From the NCBI GenBank assembly GCA_045837725.1, contig JBEWZL010000152.1, forward strand, positions 186,001 to 250,000: a DNA stretch of 64,000 bases. Direction: 5' to 3'. The notes under the pieces are model-generated. The model was not told where the DNA came from, ran no database searches, and saw only the letters and a list, made by a program, of their open reading frames with translations. The translations under genes and the position numbers were made by a program. Within the stretch, counting starts at the first letter, position 1. Every line of letters begins with the position of its first letter. This stretch comes from Vermamoeba vermiformis (taxonomy: Eukaryota). Below, piece by piece: positions 1 through 13,376 of the stretch.

Positions 1-149
1 CTTGACGCAACCACCGTGCACTCTCCCGTTCAATTTCTTTTTTGCTTCCGCTCGATCCTCGATCCTACTTCCGTTTTTACTCTCGCCTATATCTTTCTTT
101 ATTTACTATAATGTACTTGGGTGGAAGTGATAATAATATACATGTACAG

Positions 150-1251
150 ATCCGCATGATGACTGCAGCCAAAGAGTACCTCGAAAACAGCGGCAAGTTT
201 TTGGTAGTCGGTGGATTTCTTTCAATAACGTAAGGCATTTATTTGGAGAACACTATAGTATACTTCTATTGTCCGTTGAATTTGGTGCATGACTAACGAG
301 ATGCTCTCGGACAGACCTGACGATCGTTTGAAAAAGAAAGTTGGAGCTGATCTGGCGATACCAGCAGTCCATCGTCGTGAAATGTGCAATATATTAGCGT
401 CAGATCTGGATTGGCTTGCTATTGAAACTTCGCAGTACACGCACAACACCAACACTGCCGCGGCAAAACGACTTGTACAAAACGTTGTAGATCTGCATTA
501 TGGACGTAAGTTTCGGTTATTATTATCGTATTTATGTATATTGATGCGATAAGGCATTGCAAATATTATTTCCTGCTAGCTCGTGCGAGATTGTTCGTGG
601 AGCTATTTCTGGATTATTCCGCCCAGCGAAACGAAAAAGTTACCTTTAATGGTCGGATAGTATCCACTAGTGCCTCCTCGAATTTCTCCTCGTGCATCTT
701 AAATAATTAAAGCACAAATCGATTAATTTGGAAAGACCTCTTTGTGCACCTGGATCCGGGATTCGGATCTCTTTGGTCATTCACGAAAAATAGTAGACTT
801 ACATTTGTATTCGCAGCTAATCGTGTCTCTGTCATGTCAGTATCTGGTGGTGACTCGTTCCTGAAAATCAAGTCGCAGAAGACCTTTGATGAAGGTACAT
901 TCCTATCGGGATCGCGCACGTTGAAAACTCGTTAACTGACAGTTTCCTATGCTAGGACTCGTTGTAGTCATTAATAGAAAGGTCGATTTTGACATTCATG
1001 CCCAAATTGCTGCTCACCCATTCGTTAATCACATGCTCGACAAGTCCGTATTCATTCTTTGGGAAGATAACTGGGAAAACACTGAAATGAGCTCCACTAA
1101 GATCAGAAACGCCCTATTAGAAGACAGTGATAGTGTAAATAACAATACGAACAATAACAACGCAAATGACGGCGCTAACCCGCCGCTGCTGGATCCGCGC
1201 ATCTACAAGTACATGAAGGAACATAATTTGTTGTATAAAAGGAAGAGATAA
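150..1251 (+). CDS. Nicotinamide/nicotinate mononucleotide adenylyltransferase (NMNAT-like), 5' partial, multi-exon
   Basis: Exon translations IRMMTAAKEYLENSGKFLVVGGFLS, AIPAVHRREMCNILASDLDWL, EMSSTKIRNAL and LLDPRIYKYMKEHNLLY match the eukaryotic NMNAT pattern (GxxSP / HRxxM / (I/M)SSTKIR / YIxxHxLY). The N-terminus lies outside the window. Confidence 0.8.
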
Positions 1252-1752
1252 ATGTAAATAGTATCTTGCGAAATTACTAACAAATTTGGAATATTTTTCA
1301 AAAGATTTTCGACATCGAGGCACACATTTCTTAATAGTTAAAATTAATTGCAACTAAAGATTCGACCTGCGGTATCACTATGTGACAGATTGCCGAATAG
1401 GAACTCCCGTGGCAACTGATAATGAGAATAGTTGTATTGTTGTGTCTATAATGCGGTCTAGCTTCATTTGCCGCCGAAATGGAACAAAAAACTTTCAAAG
1501 TTGCATTTTGTGTATCATCAATGAAAACTTGCTTGATTGCCGTCCAATAACATTATTGAGCATTAAATATGTACCTTCGATAGTATCATTATTGCAATGC
1601 CGCTTAGTTGCATGATTCAATTTCAAATTCAACAAAGATTTTTAGATCGAGTAACAAAGATTGATTGCATTTAAAATTTATTCGCAATAAATAAGTGGGA
1701 TTCTATTGTACAAGGGAAAATAAATAAAACGGTTTGTGATTACCACGACTAT

Positions 1753-2827
1753 TTACACGCCAAGCAGCTTGTTGGATCCAAACTTGACAATCTGCGCGCT
1801 CCAAAAAACAAAAATGGCTGCTAATATGATTATTGAACGTTGATAGAACTTCGGCCTGTTGAATAAGAAAGCTGTACATAGCAAGAGAAATCCAATTACT
1901 CCTGTAAGCACGATCGGGATCAGTTTCACTGCTCTAGATTTCGGAATAAAAATTCTTACCTGCTCGTATACTTGAATCAAATGAAGGACCAATTATTATG
2001 CTTGCCAAGAAGCTTAAAATACTGAACACCATCGTCATAATCAATGATAAAGCGGAAAACGAATCTAGCTTTCCAGATGAACCTAAAAAGGTCAGGATTA
2101 GATCTTTGCAATAATTAAAAGCGTAAAAACTCCAAGTATTCTATCAAATTAATCCTTACCTTTCGGGCTATCCAGCTTAGATACGCTTGTTGTGACTATC
2201 GTTTCGGGGTGAGACCGAATCTAGGTCCATAAGTCCCGAGACGTCAGTTGTTGACGAGGACGGTGATCCACCGCTTGATATGGACAATTCTTTATCGGAG
2301 TCTGTGTCATATGATATCTCGGAGTCTCTAGGATCATCTGTTGTAACATAACTGTTCCGCGGAGTGATGAGAAACTCTTGCACGACGTGATCGATTACTG
2401 TCGGAGTAAGTACATTAGTTTAAGGGGTAAAGACATGAAATACTGCATGTCGCCACGTAATAACGCGAGACAAGTCATGTTTGCGCGTCTTACCAACAGA
2501 TTTCTTTCGTTGCTGCCTTGGGCTAGGATCCAAAGAGAGCGTGGGAATTTCTGGGGTTAAGGAGGATACATCGCCAAGACCAGTGAGCTTCTTGAAGCAG
2601 TAGAAAAACTCCTCGAACTTAATTTTCCCATCTGTGCTCTTAGATTTTAGGATGGATTTACATTCTTCTTTGTTCACCACCAAGTTGGCTAATTTACAAA
2701 ATTGGAGGAGCTCCTTAGTGGCGATTTTATAATTTACACGTTGTTTGCTACTGCGGGCTTGAGTATACAGCCCAGCAAACAAAGCTCTGAGTTTGACTTC
2801 GTAGAGAGCTAAATCTGTGTCGCCCAT
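1753..2827 (-). CDS. Hypothetical protein with a degenerate EF-hand-like N-terminus, Ser/Asp-rich linker and 2-3 C-terminal TM helices
   Basis: STDGKIKFEEFF is an EF-hand-like loop; hydrophobic segments lie in ORF 1753-1992; GT-AG introns join ORFs 2420-2827, 2177-2383 and 1753-1992. Confidence 0.5.
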
Positions 2828-3191
2828 CTAGTTCGCGGAAGTTATTTACAAGGGCGAACTTATATACAAATGACCCCCTCGTGTGGTGTTTTTTGGGGTT
2901 TCAAATAAATAAATAAACAAGACTGGATAATTCTTAATAAAAAATCATACCACGTGCTTCGACTGCGGACTTTCCTTATTTGATTTTTGGGCCAATCCGC
3001 GACGAGCTTTCGAGAAATTTTGATCTTGATTGACATGTGTGACACCACCCTAGCGCTACAACGCCGCGAGTTTCAATTCGCTTTTTCAGGCTTGTTGATC
3101 GGGAAACAGATGCGGCTTAGTTCGTGCGGCTTACTAGCTTGGTAGACAAATTTTGATCGATTTATTTACATAATAAGCATACAATGGCCTA

Positions 3192-4984
3192 CTAATCCCA
3201 CCCAGTTTCATAACTGTATTCGCTTTCGTCATCCGAATCTGCCTCGTCATGTTGATGGACAACTGCATCCAGACCTCGCTCCTCCGCACGATCCAATTTA
3301 TCCTCGGCTCGGGAGGGATCTTCTACGGCGCCGTTCCCGTCTTTCGCAACAATTGCCGCCAGTTCCAGATTCAACTCCTCGTTCTCTTGGACTCTTCGAT
3401 AATCCTCTTCATATTGACCATATTGCGCTTCATTTCCCCGTCGTAATGCGCGTGCGTATTGCATCGCGCGAGCAAGTATACCAATTCTTTCGTATTTAAA
3501 TTCGCCTGGCCTATGTGCACTAGTCGCGTGACGAGTAGTATTCTCCTCACTTGCAATATCTTCGACAGCACTGTTGACGTTGTTATTGCGAGTAGCCATG
3601 AGAGTACGCTTTGTTGCAGATGCACGGCTTTGGATGTTGCCGTGTAGGTAGAAACAACGATCTGCGAACGGACAGGCGTTTCGTCCGAGCCTGTAGTATT
3701 TACAGGGAATTGATCTTAATTTTTGGCGGTACTCGTAGATTATTCGCTTCTTATTCTCGCCAGTTGCATAGATCGAGGATGGCACGACGTAAAAACTCTT
3801 AACTCTGATCAAAATAAATAAATTAGTTCATGCCATTAATTGGTATCTGTACAAAGTTAATGTATTTATATGTTTGTTGCATAAACATGGATCCAAAGCT
3901 AAGAACATTTTAGATCTTGCTTCCGGAGATTGACAACCTCAATTTACATGTTTGAAATTCAATGGAGGAAAACGAGGGAAATTTTATCGCGATAATTAAT
4001 TAACGCCCGTGGTATACACTAGACATTTCATTTGCAAATGCAACTGCTAGTAACGCATTAAAACGTTGTGTTGGTGGATCCACTTACCGACAGATGGGGC
4101 AGACATGGTGCTGTTCTCTATTGGCTTCTATGGTGTTACTTGGTTGGCGCCAGCTTCTAATACAATCCAAGCAAAAAACATGATCGCAACGAGCTAATGT
4201 AACGTCAGTTAGAGAGTATAAAAGGATGCCAGATCCGATCAAAAAGTTAAAATCTAGAAAGGCAGGACGTATAGTTCAAGCAACTTACGTAATAATCCAA
4301 ACTGCTTATGGTGTTTTAATACAGATTCTAAGCAAATCGAGCATTCTAAATCGGGCTGATCCTTCGAATGTTCTAGATCCTGATATTTCTCTTCCTCTGA
4401 ACTTTCCTTATTTTCAATTTCTGTTGTGCACGTTGATATTGAGGTAATGTTGTTATTATTTGTGGTACTAATGTCCGTAAGCTGCGTATTAGTCCCATCC
4501 CCGATCACGCCCTGAAACACAAGTACTGAATTAGCGATCAGGCGCGACGAGTTGAATAATAGTTCAATGCTAATATTATAGAATTATTATTGTAAATCTT
4601 TCCAATTAATATTTGGATTTAGAGTAATATTTAATTTTACCTTATTGTCTTCGTCTTTACGCATAATATGATTTTTATCGTGACTAAAATTGCATCTGTC
4701 ACCTTTTAAGCATTTTCCCTTAATAAAATATCTACAGGGTTCAGACGCAACGGTAACATCTGTCTCGTTCTCAACAGCATCATGATTACTCAATGTTTCG
4801 TGAACAAATGCGCACGTCCATCCATTTTTACAATATCCTTTCGCGTAGAATTTGCATACTACGTTCGGCAGTGTTCCTGCATCCACGATCAGTAAAGGGA
4901 ACGCGGGAGTTTCACCGAAGGGCCTTACTAGCTTGCATTGTTATGATATATACAATATTTTTTACGTGAGCACGGCTTATTCAT
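3192..4984 (-). CDS. MKRN: Makorin-type E3 ubiquitin ligase (CCCH zinc fingers + RING + CCCH)
   Basis: CCCH fingers CKFYAKGYCKNGWTCAFVH and CRYFIKGKCLKGDRCNFSH; RING CSICLES...FGLL...CDHVFCLDCIRSWR...CPICR; then SFYVVPS and IPCKYYRLGRNACPFADRCFYLH. Start at 4984 inferred by splicing. Confidence 0.9.
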
Positions 4985-5085
4985 TGTTTCGGTGCTGATC
5001 TGAATAAATAGTGCGAGAAACACGGCGACAGAAAAGTTTTTGCCTGTTCGACACAGCAGTGCTAGTCTTTGCGCTAATTTTAGTT

Positions 5086-6729
5086 TTATTCTTGCTCGTT
5101 TAACTCCTGTTGGAGTATAGGAGGAGGCGGACAAACTACACTTATCATTTCGCTCGGCGAATCTGGATTCGGAAAACTAATTTTCCAACTATGCAAGTGA
5201 TAGCCTCCATCACTCGGCACGGCGTCTCTTTTCTCGCCCAATTCGCTGAATTCATCGGGATTTTCATGTTTTTTATATTTTGTGGCTCTTGGTAGTCCTC
5301 CGACAACATAAAGCGGATCTCCAACCAACGGATGACCTTTAATACACCCATTAACGATATCATTAGCATTTATATTACGATTTTAGTACCTGCAAAGGAA
5401 GAATGAATGCGGATCTGATGTGCTCGGCCTGTTTCTATGTTGACTTCAACTAGCGACTGATTTTTCGCTTTATTTCGCTTGATTACTTTGAAATGGCTCT
5501 TCGAAGCTTTTCCCTATTGTTATTTAAATATGAATAAGTGTATTAATCCAAATTTCAATGGTTCTTACGTCCGGTGTTGCTGCCCATAGTTTTTCAAGCG
5601 GACAATATTCATATGAAATTTGGCCGATCGGCTGATCGATGGTAAAAGTATCATTTTCGGGTAGGCCTATAAATAGGAGTGGTAATGAAATTAATAATGG
5701 GGTTCTTCTGGGAGCGCATATTTAAAGTAAATTAATGAAGCAAAATATTCGGAGAGTGGAATGATGAGTTTCATATTTAATTATGTTATAATCAACTACA
5801 TTTGCTTTCTCTCCGATAAATTTACTTAATTTTTATTGTAGCGTACTTACCACTAATAAGGGCCATATAAAATTTCTTGACTTTGTTTTCTCTGAATGCT
5901 TTCATTAAAAAACTCCTCGATTTTCCATTCTAATAAGTTACAATATATGATTAATATATGGCATGTATATTACGAATTTTGATGCGTACTTTAGTAAATA
6001 TGATGGATCCGGTAGTTCCTCGACCAAGTCTGTGCACAGGTGCTAATTCTTTGTTGTTGAATTTATCTTGCGCTATATGCACCATCGTATGCTATAATGA
6101 GATGGTATAAATACTCGTGGTTAAGATTATACAACGCAAGTAGATCTGACTCACCAAATAAAATTTGCCGCCCGGTAACACTGATATGCCTGTTGGCTTG
6201 TTTAATACCATAACCTAATAATACTGCGTATTAGTAAGAATTATAACGGCGCTAATTGTTATAATTAATGCTACGTACGTTATTATCTTCATAGAGGATA
6301 GGAAATTCGGTTGTTACTGCCAATTCAAACCAAGGTGGTCTGTGATATTCTAATAATTGTCCGTGTTGTATTTGAGCATTGGGATCGGTAGTGACAGTTC
6401 CATCTATCGAGGTTAACGTTAATAATTTTTAATGAATATTAAAAAATTATTTAAAAAAACCGGTAGGCACTAAATATTAAGTTAACGATTTAAAAATAAT
6501 TACCTATCGTTATTTTGCCCTCTTCTATTTTTTGACGCCATACCTCTTCGCTTGAATGTGGGTAATTCAAAACATAAAATTCTATCAATGAGAGCGAGCT
6601 TGATTTTGGATCTGTTTCCTTCAAATCATTCGCGTTATTTGTTTTATCATCATTTGATCGCAGTTTCAATGTTTTTTTGATTTTATCAGCGTTGATCTTG
6701 TCGGCGTAGACACATCCGTTGTTCATCAT
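5086..6729 (-). CDS. RluA/RluD-family RNA pseudouridine synthase (S4-like N-terminus), HRLG variant
   Basis: Motifs LNKPTGISVLPGG, PVHRLGRGTTG, GRAHQIRIH, VGDPLY and GYHLHSW across multiple exons. Confidence 0.9.
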
Positions 6730-6909
6730 TTTACCCGTACCGCTAGTGCATGCAATATTTTTAAATATGTCTAATTTGGTATTCCAGTTGGTCGTTTTGC
6801 TATTAATTTATAAAGATGACAAGTAACGCCGAGTTTCGGTTCAACATTTAAATTTATAAAGACCAACAACCACCAACACAATAGAGTGGCTTTTTATTAA
6901 TAACTAACT

Positions 6910-8126
6910 ATGGATATATGGATATTTTTAAATGTAATTGCCGTTGGCCCGGTGAAGGAATGCAAAAAGCTACTTGATGCGCTGCAAAGTGAAAGCTTCA
7001 AGTCTCATCGCCCAGATAATGTATTCGTAAATTTCGACGTTAAAAATAGCGAAATTATTAGTGATGGTAATACCAAGGACGAGCACGAAACAAATTTACA
7101 ACGAATCTGTGCAGAAAAGGTGAGTAGCCGAGTTTATCTCGCTATTGCAGCTATGAATTAATTCACCTTATAATTAATTTCTGTTAATATACGATATTTC
7201 GTTAGACTGTGCGTTTGGTCAATTTTTTTTATGGCTTCTCTGGCCAAATCCGTCGGAAGCAGCGGATGGGACCGTGTGTACGAAATATTATACACTAATA
7301 TAGGATTCTTATTTTTCTTATTTTTTTCTGCTGCTAGTGGCGTAATTCAACCGATCTAATTTCTTCTTTAGGTCTTGTCGCTGTACGACGAAAACAAATT
7401 GCAGCTATCGGATATTAACACGATGCCAGTAGAGTTATTGCAAAAGATAGTCAATTGCATCCCTTTTACCGTCCCAGCGACTGAAGCGGACGTTGTTGTC
7501 GATAATTGGGGAAAACACGTGCAGCCAGCAGTTAAACTTAATTTTAATAAGATAGATATGTTCGTTAAGAAGATTAATGAGTTGCGACCGGTAAGTCGTT
7601 AGCTAAAGCGAGTATAAAAAATATTTAAGATCTGGATCGAAATTTTAATTATTAAAATTCGCAGGATTTGCCTTCGAACTGGGCTGAGGAGGCTAAAAAT
7701 AGGCCAGGAATGATAATGTACAGTCACAATCGAAGTGCGCTGCAGTTTACGGATCCCGGGCGCTTGCTACAAAAGTACCTTGATTATGGTGTTGATTTAA
7801 CTGTTATTGGCCGAGTAAGCTGTGATTGGGATGGCTTGGCAAGCAATAATTTCACCAAGATATTTGTTATTGAGAATAACAAAGTCGCATTTTTGTAAGT
7901 GTACCGTACTAGTACGTAGATCTGCTTTAAAATTAACTGGCTGTTTCAATATTATAGGCGTAAAGACTTGCCTAAGAGTATACTCGCAGATGACCATGCA
8001 ATGATTAAAAAGTACGGACATTTATTGCAAGAATGGCAGGAGATTCATGAGGAGGCACGATTGGAATTCGATACCAAAGAGTTTGGCACTTTTAAATTAT
8101 TAACCACTTCGAGACGAGTTAAATAA
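6910..8126 (+). CDS. Hypothetical protein (multi-exon), with an internal F-box-like motif
   Basis: ORFs 6910, 7375, 7668 and a final exon ending TAA at 8126 join via GT-AG introns; INTMPVELLQKIVNCIP resembles LPxELLxxI. No family recognised. Confidence 0.5.
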
Positions 8127-8217
8127 ATAATAATTCTCAATATTGGCGAAGCAAGATAATAATAATTTAATAAATTTGAATCGTCGCTTTTGGCAATTGA
8201 TTTGATCTTTTTGTTAG

Positions 8218-10294
8218 ATGGGAAACACAGCTCCTCGTAAACATAAGAAATCTCATAAAACGAGCATCCATAATGAGGATAATAGGCTTAAGGAGAAAAA
8301 CGAGCAAGAACTCATTAAAGCAGACGACAGGCACGTGAACTTTTTGGTTGGATTTGCTTTACGAAACCTAATGCGTTTATTCCTAGCAAAATAATTGTAT
8401 CTGAAAGGCATGACATTGAGACAATCAACGAGAATATTGGAGAGGAGTGGCTCAAAGATCTACCGCAGGAATTAATTTTGGAAATTTTAAATTATGCTGA
8501 GCTGCCTCCAGTAACCATTTTAAGGTAATAATATGCTACTAGAAGATTCATAATCATTTTATAAATATTTTATGCAAATATTTGGTGGTCTAGACTATAA
8601 ACGACATTTAAGCTAACTAGCTCGGATGCAGGTGTAAATTGCTTAGCAAATATTGGAATGGCGTCTTTAAGAGCAATAATGTATGGAAGCTAATATGCAA
8701 GCAATACGGCATACCATTGATGCATTTCAAAGAAGATACAGGTAATCGAACTAAAGTCACATCCATTAGTCAAAAGCGCTGATCATTGTGTTATTATATA
8801 GATTACTTCCATTTGTTTTTATCACGATTTGCAGCATTATTTATCCCTGAAAAGAATGCAAATGATTATTTTGAGCGATATAAAGGACTTGATGGTTCAA
8901 GGCTGTTACAAACCCTTCCGACAAGGGTAAGTTTGAACGTGTTATCGATAATTTTATTAGATATACGCACAATATTAATATATATGATGTACATTCAATT
9001 AGTTGCAAATACATCACTTTTTTCTGAACCGTAGGTGCGGATGTGGACTTATTTTTTGTTTAGAATATTCCAGGAAAACCAAACGTGATGTGTAGCGCAG
9101 TTAAATATGGAAATAGATATCGAGGATATTGTAGAATATGGAGTGCAGCAATACAGACGATGTTTCAAAAATCAACGAATTCATCGTAATATCGCCGTAC
9201 AAACAGTTTATGAAGTCAAAAAGAACAGAAAAATTTTAGTATTTTTTGAAGTAACGGAGGATTATTTGACCAATGTTTTAATAACACGACCGGAACTGGC
9301 CACTGAGGCTAACGTAAGCTAGAGCCGGATCACGATCCAAATCCGGATCTGGAACAATATTCATCTTCATAACTATGGGCCTAATTCTTTAAATACAACT
9401 ATAATATAATGAGCAATCCGTTGCATTAGCATTTAGACACCTAATGCACGTTAAACTAATATTATTATCTGTCAGATCTGCGATGTCATAAAACAAGTCT
9501 TGTCAGCGCTAGAATGGCTCAATGATATTAACGTTTTCACGTTTTATTTGAGCCCTGAAAATATTCGCGTAAACGTGTTGCCTAATAACAAGGTAAAAAT
9601 AACTCTCGTTTGCTTTGATTCATTTGCATCGAAATTAATGAAATTAGACCGGGAAATTAATGAAATTAGACCGGTAAATTTATTCATAATAATAACTAAT
9701 TTAATTTGTTATTTAACAGCTCCAAGTCAAGATTTACTCGGCTTTGTTTGATCTTTCGCCGCCGGGCGGTTTCGATGTCCCTGATGTAGTGCCGCCGGAG
9801 GTATTATTGTGCGAGCAATATGTTGAAGGATTTCATTCGTGGCTTGTCGGTAAGTAAATAATTCATTATTTAATCATTCTCGGTCGAATTTAGTGAATTC
9901 TTTTGAAAGTTATCGGATCCGCTTATTGAACAACGACGAATATTTGCTTTTCTAATAGATTCATTGCATTGTTAATGATATAAATGGGTTTTTATTAGGT
10001 TGGCTAACTTTCGTGCTACTGACGGGTCGAAATCCATTTGCAGCTGATACTGCGACGGAACATTTTGAAGCCATATTGGCCGTTCGTTATTCATTCAACG
10101 AAGATAAAGACAGTCACGTGACACCATCCGCTCGAGATTTCATATCTAAGTTGTTGAAAAGACACCAAGGCGATCGAATGACTCTCAAACAAGCTTTGAA
10201 TCACGAGTGGATCCGCTCACCGAACAAAAGTACCGAGCCAATTTTGAATGCTATAGAGGGATACAAGTCTAATTACGGAAGATTGAGAGACTAA
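8218..10294 (+). CDS. F-box + CaMK-like pseudokinase, paralog 1 (MGN N-terminus; apparent 1-nt frameshift near 9103)
   Basis: MGNTAP start; F-box LKDLPQELILEILNY...CKLLSKYWNGVFKSNNVWKLICK; kinase C-lobe LLTGRNPF...ARDFISKLL...RMTLKQALNHEWI; catalytic loop reads TFYLSPEN. Confidence 0.8.
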
Positions 10295-11085
10295 GGATGA
10301 TCATTTGCATTATTTTGGTGTTTTTTTTTTTTTTTGAGTGGACGAAGAAAACTTGGCTAATGTGGCGTACTTAAAGCCGATCGGGCTGCGCTGTACTGTC
10401 GCCACGAATACACTGAGACACCAGTCGCCTGACTCATGCACGCGTGAACAAAATGAGCAAAGACCAGCAGATCTTGCAGAGCAGTTGAAGTGTGTCGTGT
10501 TGGAGTCGTTCAACTTGAAGCTTCGGTCTAGCACGAGCAGTTGTTGGAGCGCATTCGACAGCTAGAGGGCAAGGAAACGAAGAAGAGCCAACCGAGCGAT
10601 GAGAGCAGCAATAGAGCCCTATTGGAGTACTAGCACGAGCAACGAGTCGAGAACTCAGTAAGTCGTAGCTATGGAATTTCTATCAAAATCGATTGACTAG
10701 TTTAGGTCTTGAATTGGATTGACACTGATTTGGTGCATGTGAGTGAACATTACACTGCTGTTGCAGCTGCTACATACAAAGGTACGAGTACGACTACCAC
10801 GACGAGTACAACGACGAGTTCACGGATGTCGGTCAACAAATTGCCTCTTTTGTCGTTGCCACATTTCGGCATAACAGTATCTCCAAGCGACGCAATCTGC
10901 ACGAGAAACTCGTTTCCCGTTCAAAAACATAAACTACAACTGGCTGTTGATGCAAGCGAAGAGGAGTAGTCCATAAATAAAGATGTTTTGGCTCCATAAC
11001 CCCTATTAAATAAAAAGCAACTCGTGCTCCGCCTTCAGTTACGGGCTGGAAGTGCAGTAAAATTATTTTTAAACTGTTCATCCTC

Positions 11086-13106
11086 ATGGGAAACACAGCC
11101 AGTAATTTACCACATAAAAAGAAAAAATTGGATAAACATGCTAGAGATAATAACGTGATAGACAAAGAAAATAACGGGTAGGCCGTATCTAGCAATCAAT
11201 TCTTTTTCGCAAATCTGCTAACTCGGAAGCAAATTTTTATTTAGGGACCCTAAAAATGGTACGATTAATGGCGATATTGAATATCAAGGCAACGAACATG
11301 AATGGATAAGATATTTACCTCAGGAATTATTATTTGAAATTTTAGAATTCGCCGATCTGCCCCCAGCGACGATTATAAGGTAATTATTCATCATGACTGC
11401 TACCAAAAATATTATTTAAAATTATTAGAATACTTTGGGGAGTGGTTTGACGCTAAATTAATTTGAAATTGAATTGCAGGTACCAGCTTCTCAGTAAATT
11501 TTGGAACAGCGTCTTTAAGAGTAATAGCGTGTGGAGACTAATATGCAAGCAACGTGGTTTTCCCTCGATATATTTCAAAAGCGATACAGGTAATAAAACG
11601 AAAGTACATCCGGTTGACAAAAAAGTACTCAATATCTTTTCATTACAACAGACTACTTTGCTTTATTTCTGTCACGATTTTTCGCGTATTTTGTATCAGA
11701 AAATAGCGTGGAACAGTGGCTCAGAGCACAAGAAAAAAGAGAGGATTTTGGCCGTCGTACCTTAAACCTCATGAGGACTGCCGTAAGCGATCTGATTTTA
11801 TTAAAATGAAGCCTTTATACTCTATAGTTTAGTGCAATTATGATTAAATTCGTAATGGTTTTGAAAATTGCCGTGGATGTGCCACGCGTCTAATTTTCTT
11901 TTCTAGAATATTCCAGGGCAGCCTTTTGTATTGGTCGGAAGAGTATCAACGGATGAAAGTTTCGATATAAATACCCTTAGCGATCTTATAACGCTCTACG
12001 ATCGACATTTCAAAAATCAATGGGTACATCCGAATCTGGCCGTACAAAAAATCTTCGGTTACAAAGATAAGGAAGAGTATTTTGTTTGCTGCGAACCTGC
12101 AAACGATTACTTAATCAAAGCTCTAGTAACACAACCTTATCTGGTTACTGAAGCTAATGTAAGTTGGTATGGATGATCCAGATCGTTAACCGAATCTCGC
12201 TTTGAGAGCGGATCTGTTTCATTATTTTGATTAAAATCACTCAAATACTGATTGATTAATATAGATATGCGAAATAATCAAACAAATATTGTCAGCAATG
12301 GACTGGCTAAATGAGCGTAAGATCTACTCCTATCATTTGGACTTGGAAAACTTTTGGGTGAATATCTCTAGTGACGATAAAGTACGTAATATAATAATAA
12401 TTATCTGATGCATGTTGATCTTGCTATCAATTACTTAATATCGGTAATAATTTTACGGTGTGTTAATGAATTCTTTTTTTTTTGCAGATCGAGGTCAAAT
12501 TTTATTCAGCGCTGTTTGATTTTTCAGGCCGAAGACCCGGATATGGTAATCCCGGGCATATACCCCCTGAAATACTCTGGGGCAATGATTGTACTGACAA
12601 GTCATATTCATGGATGATAGGTACGTACCTGTTATGATTAATCAAACACTAATACTAACAATAATACTAAATAAGTATATGCCGTAGAAAATATGCGAAT
12701 TTTTCAAATTACATCCAAATTGCAAATTTTTTTCGGATCTTTTTTTCGCTGTGAATTTCAACGTAATAAAGGCTCAATATTAATTATGTAAAGGTTAATA
12801 TTAATTTTATACGACGAATATGTAGGTTGGATTGCGTTTGTGTTATTGACAGGCGAAGATCCATTTCAGAGGGAGACAATTCCGCAGACTTTTGAAGCAA
12901 TTTTAAGAGCACAATTTGAATTTGCAGATCCCACGGACAATCACGTGACATCACTAGCACGTGACTTCATATCGAAATTATTGAACGTAGATCAATCAAC
13001 TCGAATGACGGTCAAACAAGCTTTGAATCACGAGTGGATCTGCTCGTCAAACAAAAGTACCGAGCCAATGCTTAATGTCGTCAAAGGATATTCCAAGCTA
13101 AATTAA
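11086..13106 (+). CDS. F-box + CaMK-like pseudokinase, paralog 2
   Basis: MGNTAS start; F-box IRYLPQELLFEILEF...YQLLSKFWNSVFKSNSVWRLICK; YSYHLDLEN, KFYSALF, HIPPEIL, LLTGEDPF...ARDFISKLL...QALNHEWI. Intron positions checked match paralog 1. Confidence 0.8.
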
Positions 13107-13376
13107 GTGTTTTATAAAAAAGCGTCATATATAGTGTAAGACGGTAGGTGTGCTTAACGACATCCGTCGCCAAATGCGCGACATTATGAGGTTGTTGGCA
13201 TGCCGAGTAACAGTTCAAGATCATCAGCGTCGAGCACGTGGTTCACGTGTCCATTCGCATGTCACGTGATGCTGATTATTCCGCTCGTCACGTGTTGGGG
13301 GTTGTCACGTGACAGCGCAAAATTTTTTTATGCGCAACAAGCGAATGAAAATCTTCAGCGCGTAGATTAAGTGAAC

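Noticed and set aside
10310-10970. Short ORFs with ACGAG-rich low-complexity sequence between the F-box kinase genes
   Set aside because: No domain, splice structure or regular repeat period; not a CRISPR array or recognisable element.
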